Source: Noviherbaspirillum sp. (GTDB lineage Bacteria; Pseudomonadota; Gammaproteobacteria; Burkholderiales; Burkholderiaceae_D). From it: a stretch of 64,000 bases of DNA. The notes below the pieces were generated by a model, which ran no database searches, was not told the DNA's origin, and saw only the letters and a program-made list of their open reading frames with translations. A program made the position numbers and the translations under genes. Numbering within the stretch: the stretch's first letter is position 1; each line of letters opens with the position of its first letter. Location: NCBI GenBank assembly GCA_035539595.1, contig DATLIB010000173.1, forward strand, positions 4,988 through 68,987. The letters run 5' to 3'. Positions 50,403 through 62,661 of the stretch are shown piece after piece.

Positions 50403-53400
50403 ATGAACGCCCCAGCACAAATCCACGCTTTGCTTTCCGATACGCCCGGCGATGCAGTACCAGCCCGCTTGCGCGAAATTCCCTACAACTACACTTCCTT
50501 CTCCGATCGCGAAATCGTGATTCGTCTGTTGGGCGAGGAGTCTTGGCGCATTCTCGACGAGTTGCGAGCAGAGCGGCAAACCGGCCGTTCCGCACGCATG
50601 CTGTACGAAGTGCTCGGCGACATCTGGGTAGTGCGGCGTAATCCTTATTTGCAGGACGACCTGCTCGATAATCCGAAGCGACGCCAAGAGCTGATCGACG
50701 CGTTGAACCACCGCCTGAGTGAGGTCGAAAAGCGCCGCCTGACCACCGAGCTGAGTAACGGTGCGGACGTCCATGCCAAGCACCGTAGCGCCAATGTGGA
50801 AGTTCTGCTCAAGGCCGCCCGCAAGGCGGTGACCGATTTTGGCGATGAATTCCGTCAGGCTTATGACTTGCGCAAGCGCGCGACCAAGATCCTCGGCCGC
50901 TACACCGCAAAGGACAACATCAAGTTCGACGGCCTGGCACGAGTGTCGCATGTGACCGACGCGACCGACTGGCGCGTTGAATATCCCTTCGTCGTCCTGA
51001 CGCCGGATACCGAAGACGAGATGGCCGGGCTGGTAAAGGCATGTATCGAACTCGGCCTGACCATCATTCCACGCGGAGGCGGTACTGGGTACACCGGTGG
51101 CGCTATTCCGTTGACGCCCTTATCCGCTGTTATCAACACCGAAAAACTGGAACAACTCGGTTCCGTGGAAATGCGCATGCTGCCGGGTGCCGATAAACCG
51201 TACGCGACCATTTATTCGGGCGCTGGTGTGGTCACAAAGCGTGTATCCGACGCTGCCGAAAAGGCTGGTTTCGTATTTGCGGTCGACCCGACTTCGGCCG
51301 AAGCCTCGTGCATCGGCGGCAATGTCGCAATGAACGCCGGCGGCAAGAAGGCCGTGTTGTGGGGGACCGCCCTCGACAACCTGGCGAGCTGGCGCATGGT
51401 CGATCCCAACGGTGACTGGCTGGAAGTCACGCGTCTGGAGCACAATTTCGGCAAGATCCACGATGTGTCGGTCGCAAAGTTCAAGCTGGAATGGACACAT
51501 CCGGGCGAGAAGGGCAAAGTCAATGCGCCATTCAAGACGGAATACCTGGAAATCGAAGGCCGTCGTTTCCGCAAGGAAGGGCTTGGCAAGGATGTCACCG
51601 ACAAGTTCCTTGCTGGCTTGCCCGGCATCCAGAAGGAAGGTTGCGACGGATTGATTACCTCCGCGTGTTGGATTCTGCACAAGATGCCGAAGTACACGCG
51701 CACCGTGTGCCTGGAATTTTTCGGTCAGGCACGCGAGGCGATTCCTTCAATCGTCGAGATCAAGGATTTTCTCGATGCTGAAACCAGAAAGGGCGGCGCC
51801 ATCCTGGCCGGTCTGGAGCACCTCGACGAACGCTATTTGCGCGCGGTCGGTTATGCAACCAAATCCAAGCGTGGCGTGCTGCCGAAGATGGCATTGTTCG
51901 GCGACATCGTCGGTGATGACGAAGAAGCGGTTGCACGTGCTGCCTCCGAAGTCATCCGCATCGCCAATACTCGCGTCGGTGAAGGTTTCGTCGCCGTCAG
52001 CCCGGACACGCGCAAGAAATTCTGGCTCGACCGTGCACGTACTGCTGCTATCGCAAAGCATACCAATGCGTTCAAGATCAACGAAGACGTCGTGATTCCC
52101 TTGAACCGCATGGGCGAATACACCGACGGCATTGAGCGCATCAACATCGAACTGTCGATCAAGAACAAGCTGCAGCTGGTGGCCGGGTTGCGCGAATTCT
52201 TTGCGGCTGGCCATCTTCCGCTTGGCAAGAGCGAGGATGCGGATGCGAACGATATTCCGGCCGAAGAATTGCTGGGCGACCGTGTGACGCAGGCGGAGCA
52301 ATTGCTTGAGGCGACGCATGCGCGCTGGTCTTACCTGTTGTCCAATCTCGACAAGCCATTGAATGAGGCGCGTGATGAACTGGCGGCGCTGCAAATTTCC
52401 TTGAGCTGGCTCGACGAACGGCTTGCGCGCCAGCCAGACGCGACGGTATTTCATGTGGTGCAGGATCGTACCATCCGCATTTCGTGGAAATCGGAAGTGC
52501 GCACGCAGTTGCGGCAGATTTTCAATGGCGGTGCGTTCAAACTGATTCTCGACGAATGCGGTGCCATTCAGAAGCGCGTGTTGCGCGGCCGCGTGTTCGT
52601 CGCCTTGCACATGCATGCGGGCGACGGCAATGTGCATACCAATATTCCGGTCAACTCCGACCATTATGAAATGCTGCAGGATGCGCATGCAGCGGTTGCC
52701 CGCATCATGGTGCTGGCGCGTTCCCTCAACGGCGTGATTTCCGGCGAACACGGCATCGGCATCACCAAGCTGGAGTTTCTGACTGAAGATGAAATCAAGG
52801 ATTTCCGCGACTACAAGCTACGCGTCGATCCGGAAGGCCGCTTCAACAAGGGCAAGCTGCTGAATCGGCCGGACATGCATGCAGACTTGCGCAATGCGTA
52901 CACCCCATCGTTCGGCCTGATGGGCCATGAATCGCTGATCATGCAGCAAAGCGACATCGGCGCGATTGCCAACAGCGTGAAAGACTGCTTGCGTTGCGGT
53001 AAATGCAAACCGGTATGCGCTACCCATGTGCCGCGTGCCAACTTGCTTTACTCACCGCGCAACAAGATTCTCGCTACCTCGCTGCTAGTCGAAGCTTTCC
53101 TGTACGAAGAACAGACCCGGCGCGGTGTGTCGATCAAGCATTGGGAGGAATTCGAGGATGTGGCCGACCACTGCACGGTGTGCCATAAGTGCGTGACCCC
53201 GTGTCCAGTCGATATCGACTTCGGCGATGTGTCGATGAACATGCGCAATCTGCTGCGCAAGATGGACAAAAAATCCTTTAATCCCGGCACCGCCGCCGCA
53301 ATGTTCTTCCTGAATGCCACTGACCCGGCCACCATCAATGCCACGCGCGCCGCGATGACGGGCTTCGGCTTCAAGGCGCAGCGTCTGGCCAACGATGTGC

Positions 53401-54398
53401 TGAAAAAATTTGCGAAGAAGCAAACCAAGGCACCGCCGGCCACCCATGGCAAGCCGCCGGTGAAAGAGCAGGTAATTCACTTCATCAACAAGAAGATGCC
53501 AGGCAACCTGCCCAAGAAAACCGCGCGCGCCTTGCTCGATATTGAAGATGACAAGGTCGTGCCGATCATCCGTAACCCGCAAACTACCACCGCCGATACC
53601 GAAGCCGTATTTTACTTTCCGGGCTGCGGCTCTGAGCGCTTGTTTTCGCAGGTTGGTCTAGCGACTCAAGCCATGCTATGGCATGTCGGGGTGCAAACCG
53701 TGCTGCCCCCGGGCTACCTGTGTTGCGGTTATCCGCAACGCGGTTCCGGCCAGTTCGATAAAGCCGAAAAGATGATTACCGACAACCGCGTACTGTTCCA
53801 TCGTGTCGCCAACACGCTGAACTACCTCGACATCAAGACAGTCGTAGTGTCGTGCGGGACGTGCTACGACCAGCTGCAACGCTACGAGTTCGAGAAAATA
53901 TTCCCTGGCTGCCGGATCATCGACATTCATGAATACCTGCTTGAAAAGAATGTGAAACTGGAAGGTGTGGGCGGGGTCCGTTATATGTATCACGACCCCT
54001 GCCATAGTCCGATGAAACAACAGGACCCGCTAAAAACGGTGAATGCGCTGATCGCCACCGCGGATGGGCAGAAAGTGGAAAAAAACGATCGTTGCTGCGG
54101 TGAATCCGGCACCTTTGGTGTCAGCCGTCCCGACATCTCGACGCAAGTGCGCTTCCGCAAGGAAGAAGAGATGCGCAAAGGCTCCGACAAACTGCGAGCC
54201 GACGGCTTTGGCGGCGAGGTCAAGATCCTCACCTCCTGTCCGTCGTGCTATCAGGGCTTGTCACGTTACAACGAAGATGCAGGCACCACGGCCGACTACC
54301 TCGTGGTCGAGATGGCGAAGCATTTGCTTGGTGAAAACTGGTTGCCGGACTATGTGGCACGCGCCAATAGTGGCGGTATCGAACGTGTATTGGTATAA
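50403..54398 (+). CDS. DUF3683-type FAD-linked oxidoreductase with 4Fe-4S and CCG domains
   Basis: [47 protein letters not shown], two CCG motifs. Confidence 0.9.
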   Translation: MNAPAQIHALLSDTPGDAVPARLREIPYNYTSFSDREIVIRLLGEESWRILDELRAERQTGRSARMLYEVLGDIWVVRRNPYLQDDLLDNPKRRQELIDALNHRLSEVEKRRLTTELSNGADVHAKHRSANVEVLLKAARKAVTDFGDEFRQAYDLRKRATKILGRYTAKDNIKFDGLARVSHVTDATDWRVEYPFVVLTPDTEDEMAGLVKACIELGLTIIPRGGGTGYTGGAIPLTPLSAVINTEKLEQLGSVEMRMLPGADKPYATIYSGAGVVTKRVSDAAEKAGFVFAVDPTSAEASCIGGNVAMNAGGKKAVLWGTALDNLASWRMVDPNGDWLEVTRLEHNFGKIHDVSVAKFKLEWTHPGEKGKVNAPFKTEYLEIEGRRFRKEGLGKDVTDKFLAGLPGIQKEGCDGLITSACWILHKMPKYTRTVCLEFFGQAREAIPSIVEIKDFLDAETRKGGAILAGLEHLDERYLRAVGYATKSKRGVLPKMALFGDIVGDDEEAVARAASEVIRIANTRVGEGFVAVSPDTRKKFWLDRARTAAIAKHTNAFKINEDVVIPLNRMGEYTDGIERINIELSIKNKLQLVAGLREFFAAGHLPLGKSEDADANDIPAEELLGDRVTQAEQLLEATHARWSYLLSNLDKPLNEARDELAALQISLSWLDERLARQPDATVFHVVQDRTIRISWKSEVRTQLRQIFNGGAFKLILDECGAIQKRVLRGRVFVALHMHAGDGNVHTNIPVNSDHYEMLQDAHAAVARIMVLARSLNGVISGEHGIGITKLEFLTEDEIKDFRDYKLRVDPEGRFNKGKLLNRPDMHADLRNAYTPSFGLMGHESLIMQQSDIGAIANSVKDCLRCGKCKPVCATHVPRANLLYSPRNKILATSLLVEAFLYEEQTRRGVSIKHWEEFEDVADHCTVCHKCVTPCPVDIDFGDVSMNMRNLLRKMDKKSFNPGTAAAMFFLNATDPATINATRAAMTGFGFKAQRLANDVLKKFAKKQTKAPPATHGKPPVKEQVIHFINKKMPGNLPKKTARALLDIEDDKVVPIIRNPQTTTADTEAVFYFPGCGSERLFSQVGLATQAMLWHVGVQTVLPPGYLCCGYPQRGSGQFDKAEKMITDNRVLFHRVANTLNYLDIKTVVVSCGTCYDQLQRYEFEKIFPGCRIIDIHEYLLEKNVKLEGVGGVRYMYHDPCHSPMKQQDPLKTVNALIATADGQKVEKNDRCCGESGTFGVSRPDISTQVRFRKEEEMRKGSDKLRADGFGGEVKILTSCPSCYQGLSRYNEDAGTTADYLVVEMAKHLLGENWLPDYVARANSGGIERVLV

Positions 54399-54404
54399 AA
54401 AGCC

Positions 54405-54845
54405 ATGGCGAAAGAACCTCCTTGCGAACTGTGCCTGCACCCCGGCGGCGACGTTGTTTACCGGGATGACAACTACCGCATCGTGCTGGTCGATGACGAG
54501 CGTTATCCCGGTTTTTGCCGTGTGATCTGGAATGCTCATGTGCGCGAAATGACGGACTTATCGACGGCTGACCGCGCCATTCTGATTGCTGCAGTATGGC
54601 AGGTAGAGGAGGTTGTGCGCGAAGTAATGCAACCCCACAAGGTCAATGTGGCGAGCTTGGGCAACGTGGTCGCGCATCTGCATTGGCATGTGATTCCGCG
54701 CTACGAAGACGATGCGCATTTCCCCAATCCAATCTGGGGAGAGGTCAAGCGCACGCCAGCCTCCACCGACCTTGCCAAGCGGCGGATGCTGGTGCCGAAG
54801 CTGCGCGAAGCGATGCTCGACCGCTTTGCCGGATCGCTACTTTAA
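54405..54845 (+). CDS. HIT family protein
   Basis: CELC, GNVVAHLHWHVIPR. Confidence 0.92.
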   Translation: MAKEPPCELCLHPGGDVVYRDDNYRIVLVDDERYPGFCRVIWNAHVREMTDLSTADRAILIAAVWQVEEVVREVMQPHKVNVASLGNVVAHLHWHVIPRYEDDAHFPNPIWGEVKRTPASTDLAKRRMLVPKLREAMLDRFAGSLL

Positions 54846-54858
54846 TGGCTGGCTGACC

Positions 54859-55287
54859 ATGATAGATTCGAAAAAAATGGCGCCATCGCCGACGGGACTC
54901 ACAGTGCATAAACAATCGCGCATGCTCGACATTGCATTCGACTCGGGTGAAACGTTTGTGCTGCCGTTCGAATACTTGCGCGTCTACTCCCCTTCAGCGG
55001 AAGTGAAAGGCCACGGCCCGGGACAGGAAGTGTTGCAGACCGGTAAACGCGAGGTGCTGATTACCGCCCTCGAACCAGTTGGCAACTACGCCGTGCAGCC
55101 GCATTTTTCCGACATGCACAATACCGGCATCTATTCCTGGGACTATCTGTACTGGCTCGGGGCAAACCAGGCGGAGCTATGGGAGAAGTATCTTCAGCGT
55201 CTCGAAGCCGCCGGATTTACCCGGGAAACCGGCCGTGACGCCACCATGCCTGCCGAAGATGGTCCCGGCTGCGGCCACCATCATTGA
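54859..55287 (+). CDS. Gamma-butyrobetaine hydroxylase-like N-terminal domain protein (DUF971)
   Basis: EYLRVYSPSAEV, VGNYAV..FSDMHNTGIYSW. Confidence 0.9.
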   Translation: MIDSKKMAPSPTGLTVHKQSRMLDIAFDSGETFVLPFEYLRVYSPSAEVKGHGPGQEVLQTGKREVLITALEPVGNYAVQPHFSDMHNTGIYSWDYLYWLGANQAELWEKYLQRLEAAGFTRETGRDATMPAEDGPGCGHHH

Positions 55288-55366
55288 GTTCCGGCCCAAG
55301 GGAACGCTTGGCGGCGCTGCCTGTCTGCACTTGTATAATGCGGCTTGATCCAACAAGGCCGTTGCC

Positions 55367-56101
55367 ATGACCAATACCACGCATTTCGGTTATCAAACCG
55401 TTTCTGAAGACGACAAGGTGCACAAGGTCGCCGAAGTCTTTCATTCTGTCGCTGCGAAGTATGACGTGATGAACGATCTCATGTCGGCTGGCCTGCACCG
55501 GATCTGGAAAACATTCACCATCGCTCAGACGGGCGTGCGTCCGGGTTTCAAGGTGCTCGACATTGCAGGCGGTACAGGCGACTTGGCCAAGGCATTTGCA
55601 AAACAGGCAGGGCCGAGCGGCGAAGTGTGGCTGACCGACATTAACGAATCGATGCTGCGCGTGGGACGCGACCGGCTCTTGAATAAGGGGCTTGTTACCC
55701 CGACCTTGTTATGCGACGCTGAAAAATTGCCGTTCCCGGCTAACTACTTCGACCGGGTCACCGTGGCATTCGGTTTGCGCAACATGACACACAAGGAGCA
55801 GGCACTTGCGGAAATGCAGCGTGTGTTGAAACCGGGCGGAAAATTGTTGGTGCTGGAATTTTCCAAGGTCTGGCAACCGCTGCAGAAACCGTATGATATC
55901 TACTCGTTTTCGGTGCTGCCATGGTTAGGAAAACGTATTGCCAATGATGCGGAAAGTTATCGATATCTCGCCGAATCGATCCGCATGCACCCGGATCAAG
56001 ACACTCTGAAGCAGATGCTGCAGGAGGCTGGATTGGAGCGTGTGGAGTACTACAACCTGACGGCCGGCGTGGCAGCGTTGCATACTGGAATCAAACTTTA
56101 G
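55367..56101 (+). CDS. ubiE: Ubiquinone/menaquinone C-methyltransferase
   Basis: [29 protein letters not shown]. Confidence 0.97.
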   Translation: MTNTTHFGYQTVSEDDKVHKVAEVFHSVAAKYDVMNDLMSAGLHRIWKTFTIAQTGVRPGFKVLDIAGGTGDLAKAFAKQAGPSGEVWLTDINESMLRVGRDRLLNKGLVTPTLLCDAEKLPFPANYFDRVTVAFGLRNMTHKEQALAEMQRVLKPGGKLLVLEFSKVWQPLQKPYDIYSFSVLPWLGKRIANDAESYRYLAESIRMHPDQDTLKQMLQEAGLERVEYYNLTAGVAALHTGIKL

Positions 56102-56110
56102 GAGAACGCC

Positions 56111-57022
56111 ATGCAAAAAATCCTGATCGCCTTGCTGGTCGCCGTAAGCGCAGCATCGATGGTAGTGACCGAGGCAGAGGCCAAACGTATGGGCGGTGGC
56201 GGCTCCTTCGGCAGGCAATCGCAAATGAGTCGCCAAGCTCCGTCCCAACCGACACAAAATAATGCAGCCAGTGCAACACAGGCACAGCGCGGCGCGGCGG
56301 CTCCTGCACCGGCCGGGGCTGTGACCAAGCCGGCCAGCCCATGGAGAAACATTCTCGGTGGCGCGTTGCTCGGGCTCGGGCTCGGTGCTTTGCTGTCGCA
56401 TCTTGGTATCGGCGGCGCCTTTGCCAGCGTTATCAGCACCGTTCTGATGTTGGCGCTATTGGCTTTTGCCGGCATGTTCATCTACCGCATGCTGCGCCGT
56501 AAAGGCCCGGAAGCGCCGCATGCACGTACAGCGTATGCGGGTGGTGCTTATTCTGCCGGCGACACACCGGAAATCGGGTCGAAGCTGGAACCGCAGGGGC
56601 GCCCACTTTCCCTTCAAGCCGATGCGGCATCAGGGGCAGCAATGGCATTGCCCGCAGATTTCGACGTGCCGGCTTTTCTGCGCAATGCGAAGACCTACTT
56701 CATTCGCCTGCAGGCAGCTTGGGATAGGGCGGATGTGAATGACATCCGCGAATTCACCACACCGGAGATGTTTGGCGAGTTACGTTTGCAACTGCAGGAG
56801 CGCGGAGCATCGCCCAATCATACCGACGTGGTATCGCTGGACGCCGAATTGCTTGGCATAGAGCAAACCGACAAGGACTATCTCGCCAGCGTTAAATTCA
56901 GCGGCTGGATCAAGGAAGCCGAAAACGCGTCTACCGAGCAATTCGCTGAAACCTGGAATCTGACCAAACCGGTTTCCGGCACCGGCGGATGGTTATTGGC
57001 GGGCATCCAACAATTATCCTGA
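56111..57022 (+). CDS. Tim44 domain protein
   Basis: AEAKRMGGGGSFG, TM hairpin, RLQAAWD, ETWNL..WLLAGIQQ. Confidence 0.9.
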   Translation: MQKILIALLVAVSAASMVVTEAEAKRMGGGGSFGRQSQMSRQAPSQPTQNNAASATQAQRGAAAPAPAGAVTKPASPWRNILGGALLGLGLGALLSHLGIGGAFASVISTVLMLALLAFAGMFIYRMLRRKGPEAPHARTAYAGGAYSAGDTPEIGSKLEPQGRPLSLQADAASGAAMALPADFDVPAFLRNAKTYFIRLQAAWDRADVNDIREFTTPEMFGELRLQLQERGASPNHTDVVSLDAELLGIEQTDKDYLASVKFSGWIKEAENASTEQFAETWNLTKPVSGTGGWLLAGIQQLS

Positions 57023-57058
57023 GGGAAACGAAATAAGCTGCGGCAAACTGGTAAACTC

Positions 57059-57093
57059 AAACCGCCCGTGATTCTCACGGGCGGTTTTGTTTT
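57059..57093 (+). terminator. Intrinsic terminator
   Basis: aaaccgcccgtga-ttc-tcacgggcggttttgtttt. Confidence 0.85.
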
Positions 57094-57182
57094 GTGAGCT
57101 TGTTCCATATTTGGCAACAGAAGGTGTTGATTGCCAGTTCTGAGCCGCCGCACCGACGTTTGCACATATTGATATCCATGAA

Positions 57183-57767
57183 ATGCGTTCTTTGATTTCT
57201 TCATCCGTCTGCGCGGCGATCAATCATTTGCTGGCACGGGAACCGTGGGCGCGCGACAAGCTGGCCGGCCATGTCGGCAAGGTGGTCGTGTTCGATGCCG
57301 GCCTCGTTTCATTCCGCCTGAAAGTGGCGCCCGGCGGCATGGTGCAAGCTGTCGAAACCGAAAAAACGGCCACTGTCATCATCCGCGCCAAATTGTCGGA
57401 TTTACCGCTGATCGCACAGAACCGGGACCGGGCCTTTTCCTATGTGCAAATTGAAGGTGATGCTGATTTTGCCAATACCATTTCCCAACTCAGTCAGTCG
57501 GTACGTTGGGAAGTGGAAGAAGATCTGAGCCGCTTGGTCGGCGATATCGCGGCAGTGCGCCTCGTTGGTGGAGTGCGCGCGGCACTCGATACGGCAAAGT
57601 CGACTCAACAGAAGCTGGTCGAAAATGCCGCCGAATATTTCCTTGAAGAGAATCCCTTGTTGGTGCGACCGCAGGCTGTGATCGATTTCTCAGAGGATGT
57701 GGCCCGACTGCGCGACGATGTCGAGCGTTTGGCCAAACGCATTGAAAAACTGAAAGAAAGCCGCTAA
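57183..57767 (+). CDS. ubiJ: Ubiquinone biosynthesis accessory factor
   Basis: SCP2-like N-terminus, WEVEEDLSRLVGD, LRDDVERLAKRI; abuts ubiB. Confidence 0.9.
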   Translation: MRSLISSSVCAAINHLLAREPWARDKLAGHVGKVVVFDAGLVSFRLKVAPGGMVQAVETEKTATVIIRAKLSDLPLIAQNRDRAFSYVQIEGDADFANTISQLSQSVRWEVEEDLSRLVGDIAAVRLVGGVRAALDTAKSTQQKLVENAAEYFLEENPLLVRPQAVIDFSEDVARLRDDVERLAKRIEKLKESR

Positions 57768-59345
57768 ATGCTATTCAAGTCCTTGCGGCTTTTTAAAATT
57801 ACCCGCGTAGCGCTGCGCTACGGTCTTGACGACATTGCAATGTCCGGGCTGGCGATTCCTCGCCTTGCCAAACTGATCGATAAGCTGATTTTCTGGCGCG
57901 ATATATCGGCGCCGCGCGGCGTCCGCTTGCGCCAGGCACTGGAAGATCTGGGGCCGATTTTTGTCAAATTCGGGCAGGTACTCTCGACACGGCGCGACCT
58001 GATGCCGGCCGATATTGCTGATGAATTGGCGAAATTGCAGGATCGGGTGCCGCCTTTCGATTCGGATTTGGCGATTGCCCAGATCCAGCGCTCGCTTGGC
58101 GCCCATCCCGACCAGTTGTTCGCCAGTTTCGACCGCAAACCGGTGGCTTCGGCATCCATCGCGCAAGTACATTTTGCAAGCTTGAAGGACGGTACAGAAG
58201 TGGCCGTCAAGGTATTGCGCCCGAGCATGAAACGGACCATTGAGGACGACATCGCCTTGATGCGGATTGCTGCCGGCTGGGTGGAAAGGCTGTGGGCCGA
58301 CGGCCGTCGCCTCAAGCCGAAGGAGGTCGTGGCCGAATTCGACAAGTATTTACACGATGAACTGGATTTGATGCGCGAAGCAGCCAATGCCAGCCAATTG
58401 CGCCGCAACTTCCTGCAATCATCATTGCTGATCGTGCCGGAGATGTTTTGGGATTATTGCTCCACATCGGTCATCGTCATGGAGCGCATGCGCGGCATTC
58501 CGATTTCGCAGGTCGAACGTTTGCGGGAAGCCGGCGTGGATATGAAGAAGCTGTCGCGCGACGGTGTTGAGATTTTCTTTACCCAGGTATTCCGCGACGG
58601 TTTTTTCCATGCCGACATGCATCCCGGGAATATTCTGGTATCTGTTGATCCCGCCAGTTTCGGTCGCTATATTGCGCTCGACTTCGGCATTGTCGGCACG
58701 CTAACCGATTACGACAAGGATTACCTGTCACAGAATTTTCTGGCGTTTTTCCGGCGCGATTACAAACGCGTAGCCGAAGCGCATATCGAATCCGGCTGGG
58801 CGCCGAAAAACACGCGGGTGGACGAGTTGGAGTCGGCCGTGCGCGCCTGTTGCGAACCGATTTTCGATCGTCCCTTGCGCGACATCTCTTTTGGGCAAGT
58901 GTTGCTGCGCCTGTTTCAAACCTCGCGTCGCTTTAATGTCGAAGTGCAGCCGCAACTCGTTCTGCTGCAAAAAACCCTGTTGAATATAGAAGGACTTGGG
59001 CGTCAGCTTGACCCCGATCTCGACCTTTGGAAAACCGCCAAGCCGTATCTGGAGCGTTGGATGAATGAGCAGCTCGGATGGCGCGGTCTGATGACGCGCC
59101 TCAAGGAAGAGGCGCCGCATTACAACAAGATGATCCCGCAATTGCCGCGCCTGGTGCATCAGGCACTGAGTGCGCACATCGATGAGGTGCCACGACAAAA
59201 CGCCGAACTGTTGAAGCAGCTGCTGAATGAGCAACGACGCACCAATCGTCTGCTCGGTTTTACCGTGTATTTCGGCGGTGGGCTGGTGGGAGGCCTCATC
59301 ATCACGCAGGTACTGATACGCTGGTCCATCTTCTGGTCCTGGTAA
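57768..59345 (+). CDS. ubiB: Ubiquinone biosynthesis kinase-like protein
   Basis: [24 protein letters not shown]. Confidence 0.97.
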   Translation: MLFKSLRLFKITRVALRYGLDDIAMSGLAIPRLAKLIDKLIFWRDISAPRGVRLRQALEDLGPIFVKFGQVLSTRRDLMPADIADELAKLQDRVPPFDSDLAIAQIQRSLGAHPDQLFASFDRKPVASASIAQVHFASLKDGTEVAVKVLRPSMKRTIEDDIALMRIAAGWVERLWADGRRLKPKEVVAEFDKYLHDELDLMREAANASQLRRNFLQSSLLIVPEMFWDYCSTSVIVMERMRGIPISQVERLREAGVDMKKLSRDGVEIFFTQVFRDGFFHADMHPGNILVSVDPASFGRYIALDFGIVGTLTDYDKDYLSQNFLAFFRRDYKRVAEAHIESGWAPKNTRVDELESAVRACCEPIFDRPLRDISFGQVLLRLFQTSRRFNVEVQPQLVLLQKTLLNIEGLGRQLDPDLDLWKTAKPYLERWMNEQLGWRGLMTRLKEEAPHYNKMIPQLPRLVHQALSAHIDEVPRQNAELLKQLLNEQRRTNRLLGFTVYFGGGLVGGLIITQVLIRWSIFWSW

Positions 59346-59349
59346 GCGC

Positions 59350-59961
59350 ATGACCACCTTCGATACGCGCGACCCGTCTCTGCCGGAATTCTGGTCCGAG
59401 CGATTTGCGCATGCTTATACGCCATGGGACCGAGGCGGTGTGCCGGTGCAATTACAGCAATTTGTCGCGCAAGCTGGACGTCCCTATACGGCATTGATTC
59501 CCGGCTGCGGCACTGGCCACGAAGTTGCCTGCCTTTGCGAAGCGGGCTGGGATGTCACCGCGATCGATTTTTCGGGAACGGCGGTGAAGGCAGCGCGCCA
59601 ACGGCTACCTCGTTGGGCGGAACGGATTGTGGAAGCCGATTTTTTCAAATACGTGCCGGTGACGCCGGTCGAACTCATTTACGAACGCGCTTTTTTCTGC
59701 GCATTGCCGCCACACCTGAGACCAGCACTTGTGGCACGCTGGGCTGAGCTGCTTCCGCCCGGCGGTTTGCTGGCGGGCTTCTTTTTCTTCGGCGAGAATC
59801 CGAAGGGACCTCCCTTCGGCATTGCGCCGGATGAACTGGAAGCCTTGCTGTCGCCGTCTTTTGCGCGCATCATCGACTTGGCAGTCAGCGACTCCCTGCC
59901 AGTCTTTGCAGGAAAAGAACGCTGGCAAGTCTGGCAGCGTCGCTCATCGTCTCCAGCTTGA
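59350..59961 (+). CDS. Thiopurine S-methyltransferase family protein
   Basis: TPWD, IPGCGTG, YERAFFCAL, GPPF. Confidence 0.88.
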   Translation: MTTFDTRDPSLPEFWSERFAHAYTPWDRGGVPVQLQQFVAQAGRPYTALIPGCGTGHEVACLCEAGWDVTAIDFSGTAVKAARQRLPRWAERIVEADFFKYVPVTPVELIYERAFFCALPPHLRPALVARWAELLPPGGLLAGFFFFGENPKGPPFGIAPDELEALLSPSFARIIDLAVSDSLPVFAGKERWQVWQRRSSSPA

Positions 59962-60034
59962 CCGGCAACGGCTTTTATCATTCCCGCAAAGCTCTGCGGC
60001 TATAATCCCCCAAAATTTTTTGCAAGGAGCCTGC

Positions 60035-61459
60035 ATGAGCACACTCGTCGGATTCGTCATTCTTTATTTGGTTGTCACGGTTGCAATCGGACTGTATGCA
60101 GCGCGACGCGTCCACAATTCCGGCGATTATGCAGTTGCTGGCCGCTCGCTGCCGCTGTATATCGTGATTGCGACAGTTTTTGCTACCTGGTTCGGTTCAG
60201 AAACCGTACTGGGTGTACCAGCAAGATTCGTGGAAGGCGGTTTGAGCGGTATCGTGGAAGATCCCTTTGGGGCCAGCATGTGCCTGGTGCTGGTCGGTTT
60301 GTTTTTCGCCCGTAAGCTGTACCGGATGAACCTGCTGACCATTGGTGATTATTACCGCCAGCGCTACAGCCGTACCGTCGAAGTGATCGTCTCGATCTGC
60401 ATTGTCATTTCCTATCTAGGATGGGTATCGGCGCAGATCACTGCCTTGGGGTTGGTATTCAACGTGCTGTCGCAAGGGGCTATTCCGCTGGCGACGGGCA
60501 TGCTGATCGGCGCCGGCATCGTTTTGCTGTATACCCTGTTCGGCGGCATGTGGTCGGTTGCGCTCACTGATTTCTTCCAGATGATCATCATCGTGGTCGG
60601 CTTGTTCTATATCGCGTACCTCGCATCCGACATGATTGGCGGTGCCGATAAGGTCATCGCTCATGCTTCCGCTGCCGGAAAATTCAACTTCGCTCCGGCC
60701 TTCACCACAGCGGATATTCTCGCCTTCATTGCTGCCTGGGTGACCATGATGTTCGGCTCGATCCCGCAGCAGGACGTATTCCAGCGCGTGATGTCGGCCA
60801 AAAGCGCGAATACCGGCGCCTTCGGCTCCGTCATCGGCGGTTCCCTGTATTTCCTGTTTGCCTTCGTACCGATCTTCCTGGCGTATTCTGCGTCGCTGAT
60901 TGACCCCAAGATGGTCGAATCGCTGATCGCGGACGATGCGCAGATGATCCTGCCCACGCTCATTCTGAATCACATGCCGCCCTTCGCCCAAGTCATGTTC
61001 TTCGGCGCCTTGCTGTCGGCAATCATGTCCACCGCGAGCGGTACCTTGCTGGCTCCCAGCATCACCCTGACCAAGAATTTGATTGGCGAGGTATTTCCCA
61101 TGAATGACAGGCAGCTGCTGTTGACGACACGGATTGTGGTCGTGTGCTTCTCCATTGCGGTCACCGTATTTGCGCTGGCATCGCAGGGTACCTCCATCTA
61201 CGAGATGGTGGGCAATGCGTACAAGGTAACGTTGGTTGGTGCGTTTGTGCCGCTGCTCATGGGCTTGTATTGGAAAGGGGCGACGACCCAAGGCGCGCTG
61301 TGCTCGACAATTGGCGGCCTGGTGTGTTGGCTGTCGATGGAAACGTTCGGCGGCGAGTCGATCTGGCCGCCTCAATTGGCGGGGCTTCTGGTGAGCTTTG
61401 TCGGCATGATCATCGGTTCGCTGGTTCCGCAAATCGTCAGCAGGCCCGTGAGTGCCTGA
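60035..61459 (+). CDS. Sodium:solute symporter family protein
   Basis: AGRSL, ATWFG, GGMWSVALTD, SAIMST; many TM segments. Confidence 0.9.
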   Translation: MSTLVGFVILYLVVTVAIGLYAARRVHNSGDYAVAGRSLPLYIVIATVFATWFGSETVLGVPARFVEGGLSGIVEDPFGASMCLVLVGLFFARKLYRMNLLTIGDYYRQRYSRTVEVIVSICIVISYLGWVSAQITALGLVFNVLSQGAIPLATGMLIGAGIVLLYTLFGGMWSVALTDFFQMIIIVVGLFYIAYLASDMIGGADKVIAHASAAGKFNFAPAFTTADILAFIAAWVTMMFGSIPQQDVFQRVMSAKSANTGAFGSVIGGSLYFLFAFVPIFLAYSASLIDPKMVESLIADDAQMILPTLILNHMPPFAQVMFFGALLSAIMSTASGTLLAPSITLTKNLIGEVFPMNDRQLLLTTRIVVVCFSIAVTVFALASQGTSIYEMVGNAYKVTLVGAFVPLLMGLYWKGATTQGALCSTIGGLVCWLSMETFGGESIWPPQLAGLLVSFVGMIIGSLVPQIVSRPVSA

Positions 61460-61590
61460 TTTTCGATAATGCTTTGACAGCTTGATTGAAAGCCCGGTGC
61501 TTTTCGTTCCAAGACGTAACCATCAACCCGCAACGTCGAACAAAAAGCCTTTATAATTCAGGGTTTTGGATGATTTTTGCGGGGTGTCCT

Positions 61591-61899
61591 ATGCCAATTT
61601 ATGCGTATCGGTGCGAGAGTTGCGGTTTCGTTAAAGATGTATTGCAAAAAATATCCGACGCGCCCTTGTCGGCATGCCCGTCGTGCGCAAAGGACACATT
61701 CAAGAAACAGTTGACGGCAGCCGGTTTTCAGCTAAAGGGCACTGGTTGGTATGTCACCGATTTCCGCAACGGTAGTGGCGGCAGTTCGGCGCCGGCTTCC
61801 AGTGCGCCGGCAACGGAGACAGGTAGCTCCTCATCCGAGTCTACAGCCTCGACAGCGACCGCTCCCGCAAGCAGCGGCAGCACCACTTCAACCGCGTAA
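61591..61899 (+). CDS. FmdB family zinc ribbon protein
   Basis: MPIYAYRCESCG..CPSC..KGTGWYVTDF, Ser/Ala/Thr tail. Confidence 0.92.
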   Translation: MPIYAYRCESCGFVKDVLQKISDAPLSACPSCAKDTFKKQLTAAGFQLKGTGWYVTDFRNGSGGSSAPASSAPATETGSSSSESTASTATAPASSGSTTSTA

Positions 61900-61943
61900 C
61901 TTCCGGACGGGCGTAAATAGCGTGCGCCCGGCATATGAAAAAC

Positions 61944-62579
61944 ATGCGTAAATACTTTGTCACCGGCCTGCTGGTTCTAGTCCCCTTGGCAATTACCCTC
62001 TGGGTTCTGAACCTGATCATCAGCACCATGGATCAGTCGCTTCTGCTGCTGCCGGAAAGCTGGCGGCCGGCAGCGCTCATCGGTTTCCATATCCCCGGAT
62101 TGGGCACGATATTGACGCTGGTGTTCGTTTTCCTGACCGGCTTGTTGACGCGTAATTTCGTCGGCAAGCAGGTGGTATATGCCTGGGAATTGCTGCTTAC
62201 CCGGATTCCGGTGGTTAGCTCGATTTATTCCAGCGTCAAGCAGGTGTCGGATACGCTGTTTTCCTCTTCGGGGAACGCGTTTCGCAAGGCGATGCTGGTG
62301 CAGTATCCGCGCCAAGGTTCCTGGACCATCGCTTTCCTGACCGGCACGCCGGGTGGCGATGTCAAGAACCACCTCGGCAGCGATTACATCAGTGTCTATG
62401 TGCCGACCACGCCGAACCCGACCTCCGGCTTCTTTCTGATGATGCCGAAGAGCGATGCTATCGAACTCGACATGAGTGTCGATGAGGCGCTGAAATACAT
62501 TGTCTCCATGGGTGTTGTTTCGCCCGAGTACGTTGTTGCCGCATCCAAGAATTTGAAGGCTGCCGTCCCCCATATCTAA
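61944..62579 (+). CDS. DUF502 family membrane protein
   Basis: PLAITLW, RIPVV, VPTTPNPTSGF. Confidence 0.92.
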   Translation: MRKYFVTGLLVLVPLAITLWVLNLIISTMDQSLLLLPESWRPAALIGFHIPGLGTILTLVFVFLTGLLTRNFVGKQVVYAWELLLTRIPVVSSIYSSVKQVSDTLFSSSGNAFRKAMLVQYPRQGSWTIAFLTGTPGGDVKNHLGSDYISVYVPTTPNPTSGFFLMMPKSDAIELDMSVDEALKYIVSMGVVSPEYVVAASKNLKAAVPHI

Positions 62580-62661
62580 CCCTAGCGGTTTTTATCCGCA
62601 TCTCTGCCTGGAATGAGCAGGTAGCGGACCACCACAAAAAATCTAGAACTGGAAATTCATC

